64,000 nt of DNA. Origin: Zootoca vivipara. Taxonomy: Eukaryota. The notes under the pieces were generated by a model. That model searched no databases. It was given only the letters and a program-made list of their open reading frames with translations, and was not told the DNA's origin. Location: positions 3,410,001 to 3,474,000 of the forward strand of contig NC_083287.1 of assembly GCF_963506605.1 (NCBI RefSeq). Direction: 5' to 3'. Within the stretch, counting starts at the first letter, position 1. Each line of letters starts with the position of its first letter. Positions 1 to 63,317 of this stretch are shown here, piece after piece. The position numbers and the translations under genes were made by a program.

Positions 1-454
1 TTGGCTTGCTAAACACTGTTTTTGCTTATAAATATAATATTAAGTCTGTCAGGTTAGCTGTGATTAATTATTAGCCAAAGAGTGACAGAAAAGAAAGCAG
101 AGGCTTGGGACCAAGATGAGTAGAGTGCTGAATAGTTTGAGATAGTGAACCCAGGAGGAAGATTGTGCCTCTACATGTTGCTCACAGAGCAAGCTCTGAC
201 GCAGATATGGGTAGTTTGATGTCCTGCTGTGTTTGCATTTTGAATTGAGAGCCTCCCATAACTTTGCACAAGACAAGAGTGTGCTTAGGTGATGTTTGAA
301 CAGGAAATTGTAATGTACAGAACACCTCAATTCTGAATAAAAAGGAAATGAATCACAGATTCATTGTCATTCTTGTGTTACCAGCTCAATTGCGTGTCAA
401 GGCCCCAGGCCCTGAAGTTCCCTTTGATAATAAACACACAGACTCAAGTATTTA

Positions 455-2045
455 GGTTTATGGGATAAAATAGGCCACAACTTTATTGGTTACAGATGTG
501 AGCAGTTTGGCTTTGGCATTGGGTGAAGCCAGACTATATCTCAACTCCCGCCTGTCTGCAGGGAGTCCAACTAAGGGTAACCCACCAGTAGGAGGAGCCC
601 TTTGACTTACATCAAATGAGGCGTCCCCGTTGGGGTTGTTGCATGGCCCTAGCGCACATCCAGGCATCAGACAGGATCCACACACACACCCAGATCCCTT
701 TAGCAGGATGCCCTTATTGAGGAGGGGCAGGCGGAGGCTATAACCTCCCCACCATTAAACAAAGGCTTACCCAATGCCTAACCGCCACTCGAGCCCAAAT
801 GGCTCACTGCCAACACCTTCACGCCTGCAACCAATCTCTGATGTCATCTCCAATATCATTCACCTGGGGATTATTTCCAAAATCAGAAAGGTGAACACCA
901 TCATGGAACAAGGCTTCCTGGTCAAAAGTGATGGCAGGGTGTTGTATCACATGGCCATTCAAATGTTGCACCTTCTGTGCAACTGCACGGTTAGCTTTCT
1001 TTCCAGCACTATTGATTGCAACTGGGTAACGACATTCACGCCAACAACACCTCTCCAAAAGCTGGGGCCAGAATAAGGTTAAGTCTGGGTATAGGGCAGC
1101 AAGCTTGTCAAAGTCCTCTTTGAAGTTCCAGGTTAGGTCAATGCCCTTCCTTAGAACCAACCCCAGCTGAACAACCAATGCATTAGAAGGGGCATGTAAT
1201 GCAGCTCTGGCCATCACAATGGGCATGAATTCATGTCATTTCATACCACATCAACATTCTTTGGGAGCCCCAGGCAGCTTTCTGTGCCAGTAGCGATGGC
1301 ACACATGCGGGCCAAATGGGCTATGCTGTGTCCCACTAACCAGAAATTGATTGCAGGGATGCCTGAAAATGAAGGAGCAACAGGGTGTGGTTATTGAGGT
1401 TTTCTTCCAGTTGTATCTTCTGTAGGCATTAGATCTTCAACGGCCTATAGCCTTAATCCAGTCTGCGGGGAGGCCCAAATCCTAAAGGAATGGGCTGCAA
1501 AATCCATGGCCAGGAGGCTACAGGTAAATTGATGTCTAGCCAGGCAAGAGCGGTCTTGGTGAATAAGGTAAGGGCCAGGGCCAGGAGGTCTGAGGTAGAG
1601 ATACCTCCTGGTGTCCTTTACCGGACAAGGGCCCTTGTGCCCCGAAGCTGAGAGCCTGATAAGAGCACATTTACCTGTTTTGGAGCGACGAATGCTGATT
1701 AGCAATTCTGAGAGGCTCAAATTTATGTCCTTCAGCAATACCGGTAGTCCTCTGGAGAAGGTGCCAAGCTTACCCTCATTGACGCATTCGCCCACTCCGA
1801 GGGCCCCAAAGAATGAAATGGTGTATGCTGCGGAGAATAGACGGCATTCATATTTTGACCAGCAGATGTCTCTTAAGACCCTGTGAATACAACAAAGGAA
1901 GCCAAATGTGATTGGTTTTCTACGCTCCATGTTCGGGGGTTGAAGTCTACGCCACACCTTCAATTACCCTGCGCATAACAAATGCTGCACACGGATCAAC
2001 AGAAAAGATACATTTGCTGAAGAAGGCAATTGTGGCACAGGTATG
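455..2045 (-). mobile_element. Decayed Ngaro-type (DIRS order) tyrosine-recombinase retrotransposon, 3' part: YR ORF, SGNH hydrolase ORF and terminal repeat
   Basis: Minus-strand YR motifs AYTISFFGAL, IRRSKT, CPV, HSFRI, GR*RSNAYRRY (~1410-2040). Downstream ORF has SGNH blocks FWLVGHSI (~1320-1350) and DGVHLS (ORF 819-1226). Terminal AATAAAGTTGTGGCC near 470. Confidence 0.8.
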
Positions 2046-2202
2046 AATATATAAGGTGTGTAAAATAGACAGGTGCAGCACTAGATCATATTGTTTTCAC
2101 AATTCAGTTTTCTTGTCGCCACATAAAAACTGCTATACAAGTGAAATGTATTTTGCCTGTTCTATTCAAGATGTCCTTCAGCAAGGAGGAAGCACAGCAA
2201 TA

Positions 2203-2613
2203 CAGTCATACCTCGGTTTAAGTACGCCTTGGTTTGAGTATTTTCAGTTTAAGTACTCTGTGGACCCGTCTGGAACAGATTAATCCACTTTCCATTACTT
2301 TCAATGGGAAAGTTTGCTTCAGGTTAAGTACGCTTCAGGTTAAGTACGGACTTCCGGAACCAATTACACTCATACCTCGGGTTAAGTACGCTTCAGGTTG
2401 ACTACTCCGTGGACCCGTCTGGAACAGATTAATCCACTTTCCCTTACTTTCAATGGGAAAGTTCGCTTCAGGTTAAGTACGCTTCAGTTTAAATACTCCA
2501 CGGACCGTCTGGAACGGATTAATCCACTTTCCCTCACTTTCAATGGGAAAGTTCTCTTCAGGTTAAGTACAGACTTCCGGAACCAATTGTGTTTGTAAAC
2601 CGAGGTACCAGTG
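2203..2613. mobile_element. Tc1/mariner (Tigger/pogo-like) MITE with internal tandem units
   Basis: TA|CAGTCATACCTCGGTTTA ... TAAACCGAGGTACCAGTG|TA; three GGACCCGTCTGGAACAGATTAATCCACTTTCC units. Confidence 0.8.
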
Positions 2614-3693
2614 TAGTCATTTCTGTGAACAACTTATTTCCAACTCTGCTTGCTGTTACTTGCATTCTAAGGCAGTATCTTGTTTCTCATTCTGCTATGC
2701 TGCATTGGGGAGATGCAGGATTAGTCTGAAGTATTATCAGTACCATAGCAAAACAGTAAATGACATTTGGCATTGACCCTGGCATTGACCCTGGAACTCA
2801 TGGTTTGGCAATTTTTGACAAGATCTCCACCATTTTACTCCACATTCCTAGTTTCCAGAGTAATTTCAGCCTAACTGTCCTCTGGTGGCATGGCTGCCAA
2901 GGGTTAAATCCCAGGTACTGGTGTTGTTCTGCCAGTGTTGCATATTGTGTACGTGTAATGCATATTGTGCACATTGAACATTAACATAGGTTCAGAGGTG
3001 TCAATCTGTGAAGAATCGGGAAGAGAACTGGAGCTGAGAGATAGGAAATTTCTTTTTAGAACTCAGTGGTGCTTCACTGTGGAAAAACTCTCAGGAAACT
3101 TTTGTATGTGCACTCTTAAGCAAAGGGTGTGGATGTGCTTGGAGGTCATTCATGATACAATTATTATTTTTATATACATGTCCACAAAGTGTATATAGTT
3201 AATGGCAGCATGTTTGAGGGGCTGCAATATTTCTTCATACTATTTTGCCACAGGAACTTTGAGCTTCCTTATTTGCATACAGATGTAGCCCTTGGATCAG
3301 TATCTAGATTGACTTCAATGTCTAGGAGAAATTCTTCCTCTTTTACGTTTTTGATCAAGTCTCCACCCGAGAAATCTTGGACTCCAATTTGGGTGTCTGA
3401 ATAGCATAGTGTTCACTCAGCATGCATAAACTTCTAAGATCTGTGCAAGCAATTGTATTTATTCAGCTAGCGAACAGCAGTGGATCAACAAGACATTAGC
3501 AATACAGGGCATTGTCCAATGGTCCCAAAGTCCAACTATGCTAAAGGCAGTTTGTATTCGTAGCCCTTACTCAAAATCAGTTCAGGGGTGCAACCAATGA
3601 TGGAGGTTCTTCTGAACACAGAATTTGAGAGCATTGCAAGATCTTGTTCCAACAGAGAGGCTGCAGCCAATGTGGTATGTTGCATATGCGACT

Positions 3694-4004
3694 CCAGTCA
3701 GCAGGCGGCTGCAGAGAGGCTGCTGCGGCAACAAGCAGCATTTTAGGCTTTTGCAGCTCCAAGCCAATAGGAATTGCTAAGGCAAATACAAACGTTTTGG
3801 CTCCCAAACGACGCAAACCCAGAAGTGATTGTTCCAGTTTGCGAACGTTCTTTGGAACCCGAACGTCCGACGTGGCTTCTGCAGCTTCTGATTGGCTGCA
3901 GGAGCTTCCTGCAGCCAATCAGAAACTGCGCCTTGGTTTCCGAATGTTTTGGAAGTAGAAATAACTTTTGGAATGTATTCCATTCGACGTCCAAGGTACA
4001 ACTG
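3694..4004. mobile_element. Tigger-like MITE fragment
   Basis: Right end CCAAGGTACAACTG|TA; GCAGCTTCTGATTGGCTGCAGGAGCTTCCTGCA shared with 50636-50844. Confidence 0.6.
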
Positions 4005-4963
4005 TACTAGGCTAAATCTAATATTCCCTTTCTAGGTGTGATTTCAGTGATTCCCTTTTCAAGTGTTCTGCAGAAGAGTTCTGCTCTTCAATATTCTCTA
4101 CCTTTCAGAGAAAGAGAGAAGTAGGTCCAGTCTCTCTCTGGTCAGAGCTGTGACCCCTGCTCTCCAGAGGTCACATATGTTTTGGGCAAACCCATGTCCA
4201 GCAGCACTCTGAATGAGGGTAGCTAGCTGACAAGAAGACCCAGGCACCCTTTTGCTCATAAATTTGTTCAGACAGTTACAGTAAAGACATAAGAGTGCAA
4301 CTCTATCCAGTGTGCAAATGAATGTGACATGCTGGGTTCAGATGCTATATCTTTCTGCTTCCAGAAGAAGGTGGAGCATGTTCTTTTCTCTTTGCATAGA
4401 TATCAAAATAGATTCTACTTCATATGCTTTCCCCCTTTACATTTGAAATTTCACACTGTGTGTGTTTTTCAGTTTCGTTCTTACAGTCTGATTTAAAAAA
4501 AATGTAGATATGTGCTAGAATTTGAAATGAAACCATTTTGTAGAAATGTAATCTGTCAGGGCATTCTGTGGAGTTGCCAATTCTGCAGTTTATGCTGTAG
4601 TCGTTCTTTTAATCAGACTGGTCATTCTTGTGCCGTGAAACAGTATCTTTGTGACATTATATGTGAAAGTGATAACACAAAATGAGACATCAAAAACATT
4701 TTGTTACTTTTGCCCTAGTCAATTCAAGGTTATGTGTGAGGATTCATTTGAAAGAATGAACGCTGTATTCTGACCTTAGTTAAAGATTGAAAGAGTTCTG
4801 AATGTTGAAAATGTAGTAAGCATTGATAAATAGCTACTGCACCAGGCCTTCACTTCAGAGAAGAAACACATTTTACTAGTTTTGCTATTAGCAACATTCC
4901 TTTAAAATGTGTAAAAAATGCTTTGCTGGTTCAGACCAAAGTCCTGTTCTAGTCCAGCATCCT

Positions 4964-7368
4964 TTTTTATATAAAAAAATCTTTTTACTGATTTTCAATT
5001 TTTAACAAATTATACCAAACTAGTGGAATTCAGCCCGTTTAAAAATGGGCGCTAGAGCGCGTGTCTCGGCAGAAAAGGAGAGGTGTCGGGGCTCAGGCAG
5101 CCAAGGGGCGGAAAGGAGGCGGCGGTGGGTGGATCCCAGGGCCAGCGAGCCTACTCCTCCTCCTCCTCCAGCAGCCGGCCAGCGGCTATGGCGACGCCCG
5201 TGAGGAGCCGCGAGGGGCGGCCGGAGCTGCCGGGAGATGGGAGGAGGGGGTCCCACCATTGTCACGCTCCTGCTGCTGCTGCTGGAGGAGGAGGAGGAGG
5301 AAGGAAGGAGCCCGGAGCTCGAGGCGGCCTCCCCGGCGGCCCCCTCGGCTCGACGCCCGCCGCCTCGGCCCGGGCCGCCCTCCTCAGCCCGCCGCCTCCT
5401 CAGCTGCACATGGCAGTGGTGACTCTGCCGCTTCCCCGGTGTCTCTGCCGCTTCCCCGGTGTCTCCGGCCCGAGTCCTGGCGCCGCTGCCTGGCCCGAAG
5501 GAGCCTCCGCCGGGGCGAAGGCAAGCGAGGCGCTGAGTGGCAGCTCTCTTTCCCCGGCGCCGCTTCCTGCCTTTGCCCCCGGCCCGAGAGGTGGCAGTTC
5601 CTGGCGGCTGCTTGCCGTCATGTCCCACTAGACCGGCATCCAAGGTACTGAGCCCCTTGGTCTACTGGTCATAGGGGGGGGGAAGGGGGCTAAAGCAGCC
5701 TCCTCCTCCTCCTCGCTCTTTAGCGCTTGTCCGGCCGGGAGCGGCAGTTGGCAGAGGGGTGGGGGGGTGGGGAGAGCGTGCGCGTGTGTGTGTACGTCGT
5801 CTCTGCTGTCCAATCCCTGTGTCCCTGGGGCCCATGCGCAGTACCCCAGGGACACACGGGACAACTGGACGCAGGGACAACTTGGACTTTATTATATAGG
5901 ATTACTACAATTTAAACCATTTCCCCCATAAAACTGGCTTCCATGTCCATTCTTTGACGTGTCCATAAATTCATTTTATTGCTGCTTCAAAATCCCATTC
6001 TATCTTTAAAACTCCACATTCCCAACAATTCTCTTATTTTTACAATGGTTTTAAATATGTTTAATTTATAAAACTTTATTCATCAAAAATCCATTTTTCA
6101 ATTCCCACATGTATACACATTTTTTTCTTTATGTGTGCATGCATATTGCTTACAATCCATGATTATATTAAATTTAATTATTAATCATCCAGTCCACTTT
6201 GTCAAACTCCTTCCATTCACAAGCCTCTTTCAATAACTGTCCATGTTTTGATTTTTGCCACAAACAGTCCTCCAATTTGGCTCAGAAGATCTGCTGCCAG
6301 CCAGAGCCTCAGGAATCTCAAGGTCACACATCTGACTCTGCTTCACAAAGGAGGAGATCATATTTCCTCAGATAGCTATTCCACTTTCTTCCTCTCCTCC
6401 TTACAATCCAAATCCATGTCGATGTTGCCAACCATGAGAGATTCCCCCACTAGACCATTTACAGTTTTTCCTGAGAGTTCCTCCTGCTCTCGACAGACCT
6501 GATAATCCTCCCTCAGCATTGCAAATTGTAATCTGTATTTATAACATCATCATTTACTTTTAATTCATTTATTCTTATTAAAGATTTTCTTGATATACAA
6601 AAATATGTGCAATATCTCTCGTAACATTTTTACAAATCAGTTTCATTTGTTGAGACATTGGGAAGAAAAGGGGAAAAGAGGTAGATGGGGGAAAGATGGG
6701 TTGAATCTTTAGATGTTATAGTCTTTCAAAGTCCCATCAAGTCATTTAGAGGTGGGTTCTTCTTCTCCCCACAACTCCAACCCCAACCCCCTTCTTCACC
6801 GTCTTAAAGCAATTATCAAAGTACCTCAAATCTTCACACACCCAGTTTTAGCTCACAAACATCCAGCCTCATAAATTTCTTTTAATGAACCTTACTTAAA
6901 GTGTTTTTTAAGCCAGAGAAGGTAGATTTTAACCCTCATATATAGTAGTGGTAAAAATAATAATAACACTACGGTACCTCTCTTTTATCCATTATCTGCT
7001 ATGGCAGGAATTGTAAACCAGACCTTATTCCTTCTATTTGATAGTCGAATTAAAATGGCAGCTTGTTAGTAACATCTTGAATGGACCACTCCTTCAGTTT
7101 TTAATCCAATATTCTGAATTGTAAAGGTGCCTGGCCATTATAGGAGACGGGCATCTTGACAGGGAGTTTGAGACCCAGCATCCCCTCCCCCTTCTACCTG
7201 ACACTTGGCAGAGGAGTTCTCCAGGACATCCGCGGGTACCCCAGCCTCCTGAATACCCTCAAGAGTTACAGAGAGCATTCCACCCTCAGGAAGCTCTCCT
7301 CCCCTTGCCTCAGTCTCTCCCGCTAGTGGGAGAGCTGCCACCATCTTGCAGACCAGAACAGGAAGCCG
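4964..7368 (-). mobile_element. Short L1-type/L1-mobilised element, inserted into a CR1 3' fragment and interrupted by a Helitron
   Basis: Near-perfect 15-bp TSD CTAGTCCAGCATCCT (4949-4963) / CTAGTGTAGCATCCT (7369-7383). Minus-strand 5' end has CAAGATGG (YY1-like). A-rich tail. The flanks read as one continuous CR1 3' sequence (4921-4963 + 7369-7560). Confidence 0.6.
5020..5901 (-). mobile_element. Non-autonomous Helitron with GC/CpG-rich internal cargo
   Basis: Minus strand: A|TCCTATATAATAAAG 5' end; 3' hairpin GCCCAT-TTTTAA-ACGGGC 9 nt before CTAG|T; A-T target site, no TSD. Confidence 0.85.
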
Positions 7369-8178
7369 CTAGTGTAGCATCCTGTTCCCACAGTGGCCTC
7401 AATGGCAAGCCCATAAGGGTGATACGAGGGCAACAGCTTTCTCCCAGCATGATGCCTCTTTTCCTTGAGGCAGCATATAGCCATCATGAATAATAGCCAT
7501 TGATATCCTTAAACTTTGTGAATTTTATCTAGCCCCTTTTAAAGTTAAGTTGGCCACCACCAAAACTTGTTTAACTCGCCCCAACAGCCACTCAGACATA
7601 ATGTTTTTTCCTGCATGTGCCCATGTGTCCCCTCTGATGCATTGATAGATCATGGTCTCTTTCTCTGCAGTTGGTTACATGTGCATCAAGAGCTTGTAAC
7701 AGGACCTTTGTGTTGATACCACCACTCTGCGAGTCTCTGGACCTGTTGGTTGATACAGAAGTGATCCTAGCTAGCCAGGTCGGCCAGAAGGCTCTTAGAT
7801 CCTCTGCATTCAATTGGTCTGGGTGACTGGTTGCCGAGGCAAACAACTAGGGGTCTCTGTCTGCATGGCTGACTTCTTGCCAGCAATATTGCAGATAATG
7901 TGCCCCCTCCCCAGTAAAGAAAAAAAATGGACTTTGCAGCACTGGGCACCTGGCAGTGATTATACACAGGTCTCTTTCCACCATTGTGGTTGACATGAAT
8001 TGGAGCACTGTTTTAATTTTAGATATATAAAAATAGCCTTCTACCTGGTTGGAGAATTGAGCCCCCCACCCCTGGCAAAGTAAGTGCTTTGATGAGTTAA
8101 GCAGGTCATATACAAAATTACAATTTGCATTTCACATAGATGAACTTAAGTGCTTTTCTTCTTAAATAAGTTAAAAAT

Positions 8179-8180
<2 letters not shown>

Positions 8181-8256
<76 letters not shown>
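8181..8256 (+). repeat. Compound microsatellite (CT)n(GT)n in intron 1
   Basis: Direct reading. Confidence 0.95.
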
Positions 8257-8257
<1 letters not shown>

Positions 8258-8945
8258 GTTCTGCCTTTGCTGTATAGGTAATAATAGAATGTGAGACACA
8301 CACTAATCCCCCCCGTTACCCATAATAACCTTAATTGTTAACGTGTAGAGCTATTAGTCATTACACAATGAAAATGAGTAATTGGATCTCTTGGAATACA
8401 TTTGGGTTCCCAGCCAAAACCATGTCAGTGCAATAATGCAATAAACCAATAAACCTTACACATTGGGCATCTTGAGGTTTATGTTGATGACTGAAACACA
8501 AAGCAGTAAAGGCTTTTGGTGGGCTTTCTGGTTTTACTTTCCTTGTTGCTAAATTGTTACTGCTATTGATCCTATAGAAGTTTCATCACTTCACTCCCGA
8601 TTTAATATGTAAATGATTATATTGCTTTGCTGCTGCTTTTTATTGCTTTAGGGTGTGATTTGTAAGTCATTTGAATACTGTTCCATAGAAAACAAGCTTT
8701 AAAATATTTTAAGCAAAGACAGCTAGATACAGTACAGTTGACTGAAATGTGTTTTACAGTACAGTACACATCTCCAGTAGGAGAAACAGATAAAGTTCCC
8801 CAGCTAAAAAATACTAACAATTTTACTTTAAGGAAGCATGTTTTATACTATTAGAATGCGCAAAACCACATTGTATTGTCATGTTGTTGGATACTCAACG
8901 ATTTCTAAGGCAGCAGCCATAAACTCTGCAAGCAATAACAATAAT

Positions 8946-8947
8946 AT

Positions 8948-8986
<39 letters not shown>

Positions 8987-8999
8987 CTTGTTTATTTAT
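8946..8999 (+). repeat. (TTTA)n, an L2-type tail
   Basis: Direct reading; followed by ATACCCCACCCA..GGCTGGGTTTCC, also seen at ~24945, 28105, 32125 and 47860. Confidence 0.85.
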
Positions 9000-9094
9000 A
9001 CCCCACCCACCCGGCTGGGTTTCCTCAGCCACTCTGGGCAGCTCTGCCATTCTGCTGTACTTATATGACTTCTTTCTTTTTCTCTCCTCTACAG

Positions 9095-59625
<50,531 letters not shown>

Positions 59626-60665
59626 CTACCAAAAGAGACCTCTTGTAGCACCAGAAATGCAGGTGACATTGCTGGCTGCTATAGAAACAGATGAGAGCAG
59701 CTGCAAAATGCCAACATGCACCTTTTTCCTTCTGTATGTGCGAGTTGATTTCATCCAGCTTGCTTGGGACTTCTGTCTTTATCAAAGACGTGATATGGGA
59801 AGAAAAGACAACATCCAGCAAGCAATGAATTGCTGTTGCATTCATTTATTTTCTTTACAAACTATTTTGGATTACAGCCTATATTTTGTAAACATTTGTG
59901 ATATTTTTAAGAGCTTTTGTGAGATCAAGAAGACCAGATATTGAACTACTTCACGTCACATGGATCATTTGAGAGAGGTGACACAATATATTTCGCTCTC
60001 TCCTAAGCTTGTCTGCCATAAGATTTAAAGAAAAACTCCCTATACATTGGTCCAGGTTTCCTTATACAAATGAGAAGAAAAATGCACTTGGGGAAAATGT
60101 GGAGATTCTGCTTAAGATATTTCTCAGAAAATAAAGCAGGTTGCAGAGAATGTGATCAGCCCTGGTTAGTTTAGCAAAAGAACATGTCTGCAGCACACAC
60201 TGCCAACGGACCACTACTGTTGGGAACTCACTAGACTGTCTCTAAAATGCTCACCAAAGGTGTGGATGGCATTCGGGGGGGGGGTTTCTTCTGGCTCCAA
60301 TATTTTCTCTAGAGATACAAATATGAGTTTTAAAAGTTTGACTAAAAAGCTTTAAATGAGGAGGGATGCTGTTTAAAAACAAAACACATTTCCAAGTCAC
60401 TGCCCTGATGGCATTTGGACAATTATTATGAATTCAAACAGTGAGGAAATGCAAAGGTTGCAATTTGGCTGAAGTAGTTTGAATATGGGCACACTATTCT
60501 CTTGCACAAGCCCTATAGGAATTAATATTTTTGCTAAGCTCCCATTTACCTTAATAAATGAAGTGTGTGCATGAGAAGTTCCTACAGATTTCTGATTTAC
60601 TGCTGTGAGTAGTGGAGAGACAATCAGTTACAGCCCTACAATGATTTTCTTCTTCTTGAATAAAA
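59626..60665 (+). other. EGFR: EGFR 3' UTR (end uncertain)
   Basis: TE-poor sequence after the stop; AATAAA hexamers near 60130, 60553 and 60659. Confidence 0.5.
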
Positions 60666-61400
60666 CACCAGTTAATACACAGCACTTATATTAGGAAAGC
60701 AGGGGTTTAGGATTAATCACCTGTACTTGATCACCAAAATTTTACTCACAAATGCACTGATAATGCAAGAATTTCAGACCAATCTAGTGATTATATGTGA
60801 AAGTACTATTAGTCTTGTAAACTTGTGGATTCATTTCCACCTTCTGCCGTGCAGCCCCAAATAAGCAGCCAAGCTGATTTTGAAATTGAAATTACCTTTT
60901 CCTGTTAACGCCTGGAAGGTGTTTCAACAGATAGCTTTCATTGCTCTGCAATCCCTCATCAAGCCCCAAACTCATACAATATAATGACAACAAGTTTGCA
61001 TTGAAAGCGACAGGGAAATTAACAAACTACTGAAAGTTTTTCTTGAGCCACCTGGCCCTTTAAGGACCCATCCAATGCAAAAGAACTTATATGGCTCATG
61101 TTGTGATGCAATGTGGTCCATAAATGAGAGCACTTCGTGTACAGTAGCTTGAAATTGTCTCTCTGTTATTAAAAGTAGAACAACCGTCATAATAGTAAGC
61201 AAACTCAAGCCATTTTCTTTGAACTTGCATTACTGTAATGCTGTTCAAAAATATGCACTGATTCTGTCCCACCTACTTTCATTCCTCAGGCCACATTTCA
61301 ATTAAATTTACTTTGGCTTCTGATTTGATTAGATCCACTGAGGTATCTCATGTTTATATTTAAAAATCCACCTAAACTCACAGCCTTTAAAATCATTTAG

Positions 61401-61563
61401 CATAGAATTCTAGAGTTGGAAGGGACCCTAAGGGTCATCTAATCCAACCCCCTGCAATGCAGGAATCTCAGCTAAAGCATCCATGACTTTCCAACCTTTG
61501 CTTAAAAACCTCCAAGGAAGGAGAGTCCACAACCTCCCAGAGTAGACCATTCCACTGTTGAAC
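61401..61563 (-). mobile_element. CR1 3' fragment (short related tails also at 16714-16787 and 26846-26912)
   Basis: CATAGAAT..AGAGTTGGAAGGGACC..GGTCATCTAATCCAACCCC. Confidence 0.75.
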
Positions 61564-61690
61564 TGGAACACACACAAACACAAGCAGATATATAATTTAA
61601 TTCCTACTTCTGTTTTATCAAATTGTGGATTTGTTTCCTAAAAATATTGCCGTATTTTTGCTCCATAAGACACACTTTTTCCCTCCCAAA

Positions 61691-62830
61691 ATAATAGAAT
61701 AGAATAGAATAGAATACTTTATTGTAATTGTACATAGTACATTGAAATTGAATGCCATCCCATAAAAAACAAAATAAAAACACAATTACAGACACAGACA
61801 CACCCATCACAACTCCCCAGGATCATATTATTTAGTTACAGCATTTAGGATGGTTATAGCTCTTGGATACAAACTGTTTTTTAATCTATTCGTTCTTGAT
61901 TTAATTGTTCTGTATCGCTTGCCCGAAGGCAACGGTGCAAAAAGACTATATCCAGGATGAGATGAATCCTGTAAAATATTATTTGCTTTTTTAAGGCAAC
62001 GGAAATGGTATAGCTCTTCCAGAGATGGGAGAGGATGACCGATAATCTTTTGGGCTGTGGTTATGACCTTCTGGAGCACTTTCCTATCCATAACTGTGCA
62101 GCAGAGATACAGTATGCTCTCTATGGAGCCCCGGTAGAAGGACACCAGCAGTTTCTCACTCAGCTTGTTCTTTTTTAAAAGTCTGAGGAAATACATTCTC
62201 TGCTGGGCCTTCTTTACCAGAGCAGTGGTATTAGCACTCCAGGTCATACTCTGCTCGATGGTAACACCCAAGAACTTAAATACAGCCACCCTCTCCACGC
62301 CAATATACAGGGGCTGAATGTCCGCCTTTTTCTTCCTGTAGTCCACCACCAATTCCTTGGTCTTGGCAGTGCTGAGGACCAGATTGTTCTCTCCACACCA
62401 AACACAGAGCCGCTCCACCTCGTCCCAATAGGTGGACTCATCCCCCCCCCCCGGAAATGAGCCCCACCACAGTGGTATCATCAGCAAACTTGATGATTTT
62501 GTTGCTGGAGTGGATAGCTGTGCAATCATACGTATAGAGCAGGGGTCAGCAACCTTTTTCAGCTGTGGGCCGGTCCACTGTCCCTCAGACCATGTGGTGG
62601 GCTGGACTATATTTTGGAAAAAAATATGAACAAATTCCTATACCCCAACCTAGAGATGCATTTTAAATAAAAGCACACATTCTACTCATGTAAAAACACG
62701 CTGATTCCTGGACCGTCTGCGGGCCGGATTGAGAAGGCGATTGGGCCTCATCCGGCCCATGGGCCTTAGGTTGCCTACCCCTGGTATAGAGGGTATAGAG
62801 CAGGGGACTCAACACACAACCCTGCGGGAA
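61691..62830 (-). mobile_element. Rex1/Babar-clade LINE, 5'-truncated
   Basis: PQGCVLSPLLYTLYTYDC, IIKFADDTT, DEVERLCVWCGENNLVL, KAQQRMYFLR, LPSGKRYR; (ATTCT)n tail at ~61692-61716. Confidence 0.85.
62540..62783. mobile_element. hAT MITE inserted in the Rex1 RT region
   Basis: TIR CAGGGGTCAGCAACC / GGTTGCCTACCCCTG; perfect 8-bp TSD GTATAGAG. Confidence 0.9.
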
Positions 62831-62999
62831 TGGGAAAAAAGTATGTGCATCCTATGGAGTGAATGTGAGAGCCAGAGCCACGAAGGCGAGAAAGCCAGAG
62901 CTGCGAATGCCAGAGCCGTGCGCAGCGGGAATCCGGCTCTCAGGCTACTTCTGTGACAGCGAGTGAGGTGAGGGGAGAGACGGAAGGGAGCCCTTTCCG

Positions 63000-63263
63000 C
63001 CCCTCCTCCCAGCTTCCTTCCTTTCTTCTCCCTCTTTCTTTCTTTCACTCTCCTTCCTTCCTTCCTCCCTCCCTCCCTCCCTCCCTTCTCTTCCCTCCCT
63101 CCCTCCCTCCCTCTCTTTATCTCTCTCACCCCTTCCTCCCCTCCCTTCTTCCTTCCCCCCTCTCTCTTTCACCCCTCCCTCTCTTTCTTTCTCTCTCTCC
63201 CCTTTGTTCCTTGTCTCGCTTTCTCTCTGTCACCCCTTCCTTCCCTTCCTCCCTCCCTCTTCC
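63000..63263 (+). repeat. Polypyrimidine low-complexity tract ((CCCT)n/(CCTT)n)
   Basis: Direct reading. Confidence 0.9.
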
Positions 63264-63317
63264 AACTTGAATAAAATATTGGGGGGGGGCAAGTAAGCCC
63301 TACCTCACATACTATAT

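Noticed and set aside
2203-2613. Repeated ~85-120 bp units resembling a CRISPR-like array
   Set aside because: Eukaryotic DNA, no unique spacers, and enclosed by Tigger-type TIRs with a TA target.
5020-5901. GC-rich island as the EGFR promoter/exon 1, and its long overlapping ORFs (182-207 aa; MGGGGPTIVTLLLLLLEEEE)
   Set aside because: I found no signal-peptide ORF ending in a phase-1 donor that would join exon 2. The block is bounded by Helitron termini, and long ORFs are expected at this GC content.
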